A stretch of DNA of 47,637 nt, from the NCBI GenBank assembly GCA_964624355.1, contig CAZUXL010000001.1:28816-76452 (forward strand), in the 5' to 3' direction. This document shows positions 45,493 to 47,637 of the stretch, piece by piece. The notes beneath the pieces were generated by a model that was not told the origin of the DNA, searched no databases, and was given only the letters and a program-made list of their open reading frames with translations. Both the position numbers and the translations under genes were made by a program. Every line of letters starts with the position of its first letter. Position 1 is the first letter of the stretch. Origin of the DNA: an uncultured Spirochaetales bacterium. GTDB lineage: Bacteria; Spirochaetota; Spirochaetia; JABEVK01.

Positions 45493-46632
45493 TTATTGAT
45501 TGGTTAAATGAAAACCCCTTACTATTCCATCTTCTGTCAAGGTGATTAGCAAGTTATCTTTTCTCTGGGGTGGACTCCAGAAGCGGCTTTTTAATATGAG
45601 TTTATTCACCAGATCACCTGTTTTTTTATTAAGAAGATAGAGGGACTTGGAATCCGATCCACCCACCCAGAGCCAATCCCCATCAAGGGCAATAACATTC
45701 ATCCAGGAGCCACCGGAAAGGGGCATGGTTTCATTCCACAATAATTTATTCCCATTGAGATCCCATGCTAGAACGTGTTTACCTGGAGCTCTGAGTGGCA
45801 GGTAAAGTATGGAATTTTCGAAAGTGAAATCCGTTCCTAGAGGCCTAGGAAGGGTAAATCTATCTAAAAGTCCACCGTTCAGGGAGTTCAGTCGGACCCC
45901 TTCCCGGCGGTTAAGAAAGCCCACAAGACCGTTTTCAGTCATCTTCAGGGTCCAAAGTCCTGGAGTCCTGGATCCCGTGGTCTTCCAGGGCCCGCTGGTC
46001 CACTTCAGCTCTCCCGTATCCACGTCCCAAGCTCTGACCGTGCTGGATCCATCCATGAGATAAACCAAGTTCTGGTAGATTGCTACACCCCCATTGCGAA
46101 AGGTCCAGGGTTCAGGCTGAGGGGAGGGGCCGGCATCTACACTCCAAAGGACTGTACCGTTCAATAAGTTCAAGGCTACGAGCTGCCCCTCCAAGGTGGG
46201 CAGAATTACCTTTCCATCCCCCGCCCAGAGAATTGTGGACATTTTTCCTGGGGCGGCTTCCCACAGCTTTTTCCCTGTGGAGCCTTCGTAGGCCGAAAGG
46301 ATTGATTCAGTGGCCACTAAAAGTGTTTCCCCAGACCAAAGAGGGTCCGCACAGGGTGATTTACCCAAATTAACCGTCCAAAGGCGATGACCCGCATAAT
46401 CCAGAACATGGAGGGTGCCTTCCTCATTTAAGAGGGCTATCTTGTCTTCCCCGCATGCCAAGGTGCCAAAGGAGGGAGATTCAAGGGAATACTTCCAAGC
46501 TTCAGCCCAGGATCCCCGTGTCTGGTTTGGGGTCATGGGTTCATCCGCCATGGTTAGATGGGGAATGGGAAACCGTGTGGACGAACAAGAGGTCCACACA
46601 AGAGCCAGTATCAGGAAAAAGTTGATCTTCAT
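45493..46632 (-). CDS. PQQ-like/BamB-like beta-propeller lipoprotein
   Basis: Signal peptide with lipobox VWTS-C and repeated G-x-x-x-W blades (TGKKLW, NGTVLW, TGELKW). GAGG RBS precedes ATG 46632. Confidence 0.8.
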   Translation of the reverse strand: MKINFFLILALVWTSCSSTRFPIPHLTMADEPMTPNQTRGSWAEAWKYSLESPSFGTLACGEDKIALLNEEGTLHVLDYAGHRLWTVNLGKSPCADPLWSGETLLVATESILSAYEGSTGKKLWEAAPGKMSTILWAGDGKVILPTLEGQLVALNLLNGTVLWSVDAGPSPQPEPWTFRNGGVAIYQNLVYLMDGSSTVRAWDVDTGELKWTSGPWKTTGSRTPGLWTLKMTENGLVGFLNRREGVRLNSLNGGLLDRFTLPRPLGTDFTFENSILYLPLRAPGKHVLAWDLNGNKLLWNETMPLSGGSWMNVIALDGDWLWVGGSDSKSLYLLNKKTGDLVNKLILKSRFWSPPQRKDNLLITLTEDGIVRGFHLTNQ

Positions 46633-46649
46633 AATTACCTCTGCAATCC

Positions 46650-46680
46650 AGTCTCCACCTTCAAGCAGCTTGAAGGTCAA
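46650..46680 (-). promoter_or_regulatory. MerR-type promoter/operator
   Basis: Minus strand: TTGACC, 19-bp spacer, GAGACT. A perfect palindrome ACCTTCAAGC-A-GCTTGAAGGT (46657-46677) overlaps the -35 and the spacer. Confidence 0.85.
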
Positions 46681-46697
46681 TGCATTATTCTATTTTT

Positions 46698-47513
46698 ATG
46701 AGTGGTGAAAATCTGACGGTGGGTGAAATTGCAAAACTCCTGGGACTGAATGCCAGTGCCCTGAGATACTATGAATCCTTGGGACTCGTGTACCCTGAAA
46801 AAATTGATCCCTGGACCGGCTACAGGAAATTTTCCCCAAAACAGCTTTATCTGCTCAATTTCATCAAAGCCATGGCCGATTTGGATCTTCCCCTTAAAGC
46901 CCTGAAAAAACTCACTGTGACCGAGGATTCCCAAGAGACCAAGAGGCAGTTGAAAATCCATCAAACCTTTTTAGAAAAAAAGATAGCTGAGTTCCAACGG
47001 AAGTTAGGCTACACCCGGGGAGCTTTGCAGAATTTGACTTGGGAATCGGTAGAGGTTCCAGGCTGGAAAGAGGAGCCAGAGTCTTGGTTCCTAGAGTACC
47101 GGGAATCTCTGGGATATTCTTTTTCCGGTTATGCCTTAGCCCGTACAAAGATCATGAAGGCTGCGGATACATTGGAATTGGAACTTCGGGATGAACAGAC
47201 CGCCGGGTTTTCACTGGATGCGGGGCCAGACATCTGGAAGAACTTTCTCTACTACAGGTTTCCCCTGGCCAGGAAGCCCCCTGAGACGAAATATCCCGTG
47301 GGGGTTACGTTGGTTCAGGAATCAGCTTGCCGGATATGGGATGTCCTGGTGGAAGGTCCGGTACCCCAAATGTTTCAGTCCGCTGAGGAATGGAGAGAAA
47401 AGCTGGGGGCAATACTCCCTAATCCTGTTAGGGTGGAATTAATTCATCTACGGGGTACCAATGTTACTCCCCGGGAGCGGGAATTCCTGACACTTCTGAG
47501 GTTCCGGTGGTAG
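46698..47513 (+). CDS. MerR-family transcriptional regulator (BmrR-like size)
   Basis: LTVGEIAKLLG...ALRYYE.LGL..P..ID..TGYR HTH, coiled coil and C-terminal effector domain. Confidence 0.92.
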   Translation: MSGENLTVGEIAKLLGLNASALRYYESLGLVYPEKIDPWTGYRKFSPKQLYLLNFIKAMADLDLPLKALKKLTVTEDSQETKRQLKIHQTFLEKKIAEFQRKLGYTRGALQNLTWESVEVPGWKEEPESWFLEYRESLGYSFSGYALARTKIMKAADTLELELRDEQTAGFSLDAGPDIWKNFLYYRFPLARKPPETKYPVGVTLVQESACRIWDVLVEGPVPQMFQSAEEWREKLGAILPNPVRVELIHLRGTNVTPREREFLTLLRFRW

Positions 47514-47637
47514 CCACCGTATCCCATCCCTTCACTCCAAAAACCTTTTCCAGGACCTCGCTCACCCGGTCCACAAAGTGGAAGGTGAGCTGGGATTTCA
47601 CTTCCTCGGGCACATCTTTCAGGTCCTTTTCATTCTT
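47464..47637 (-). CDS. lon: C-terminus of a Lon protease (truncated by window edge)
   Basis: My translation KNEKDLKDVPEEVKSQLTFHFVDRVSEVLEKVF...* resembles the Lon C-terminal end. Not in the supplied ORF track; overlaps the merR 3' end by 50 bp. Confidence 0.75.
   Translation of the reverse strand, partial: KNEKDLKDVPEEVKSQLTFHFVDRVSEVLEKVFGVKGWDTVATTGTSEVSGIPAPGE

Noticed and set aside
47464-47513. 50-bp convergent overlap of lon and merR
   Set aside because: It involves only a low-complexity Lon tail; short convergent overlaps are common.

Overview
Gene-dense chromosomal segment, about 40 CDSs, most likely from a spirochaete. That call is an inference from the class I LysRS, CheX, an EF-G of the spirochaete/planctomycete/deltaproteobacterial type outside the str operon, and spirochaete-style lipoproteins. 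The content is mostly housekeeping (fusA, nth, carD, pyk, cysK, pntAB, sua5, lysS, rpiA, pheA, aroA, aspS, trxA, ferritin, two pseudouridine synthases, 3' end of lon) plus many signalling genes. I saw no rRNA, tRNA, CRISPR array or prophage. The main unexplained signal is a 13-bp motif, GAGGTGTGACCCC (relaxed form GAGGTSTGNCCCC). By eye I found 8 exact copies, 13 relaxed copies and 8 further one-mismatch copies, on both strands. Copies occur as inverted pairs between genes and also inside core genes in all three reading frames. A solitary RAYT/IS200-like HUH nuclease lies in the same window. Other notable items: a 1.6-kb islet bounded by a degenerate duplication of the rluA 3' end, carrying a SusE-like lipoprotein gene with a stop codon in its signal peptide; a MerR-type operator in front of a beta-propeller lipoprotein; a perfect Per/Fur-like palindrome between trxA and ferritin; and a CheY-CheX-membrane CheA-like operon with no CheW. 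All family calls come from motif recognition by eye; no searches were run.
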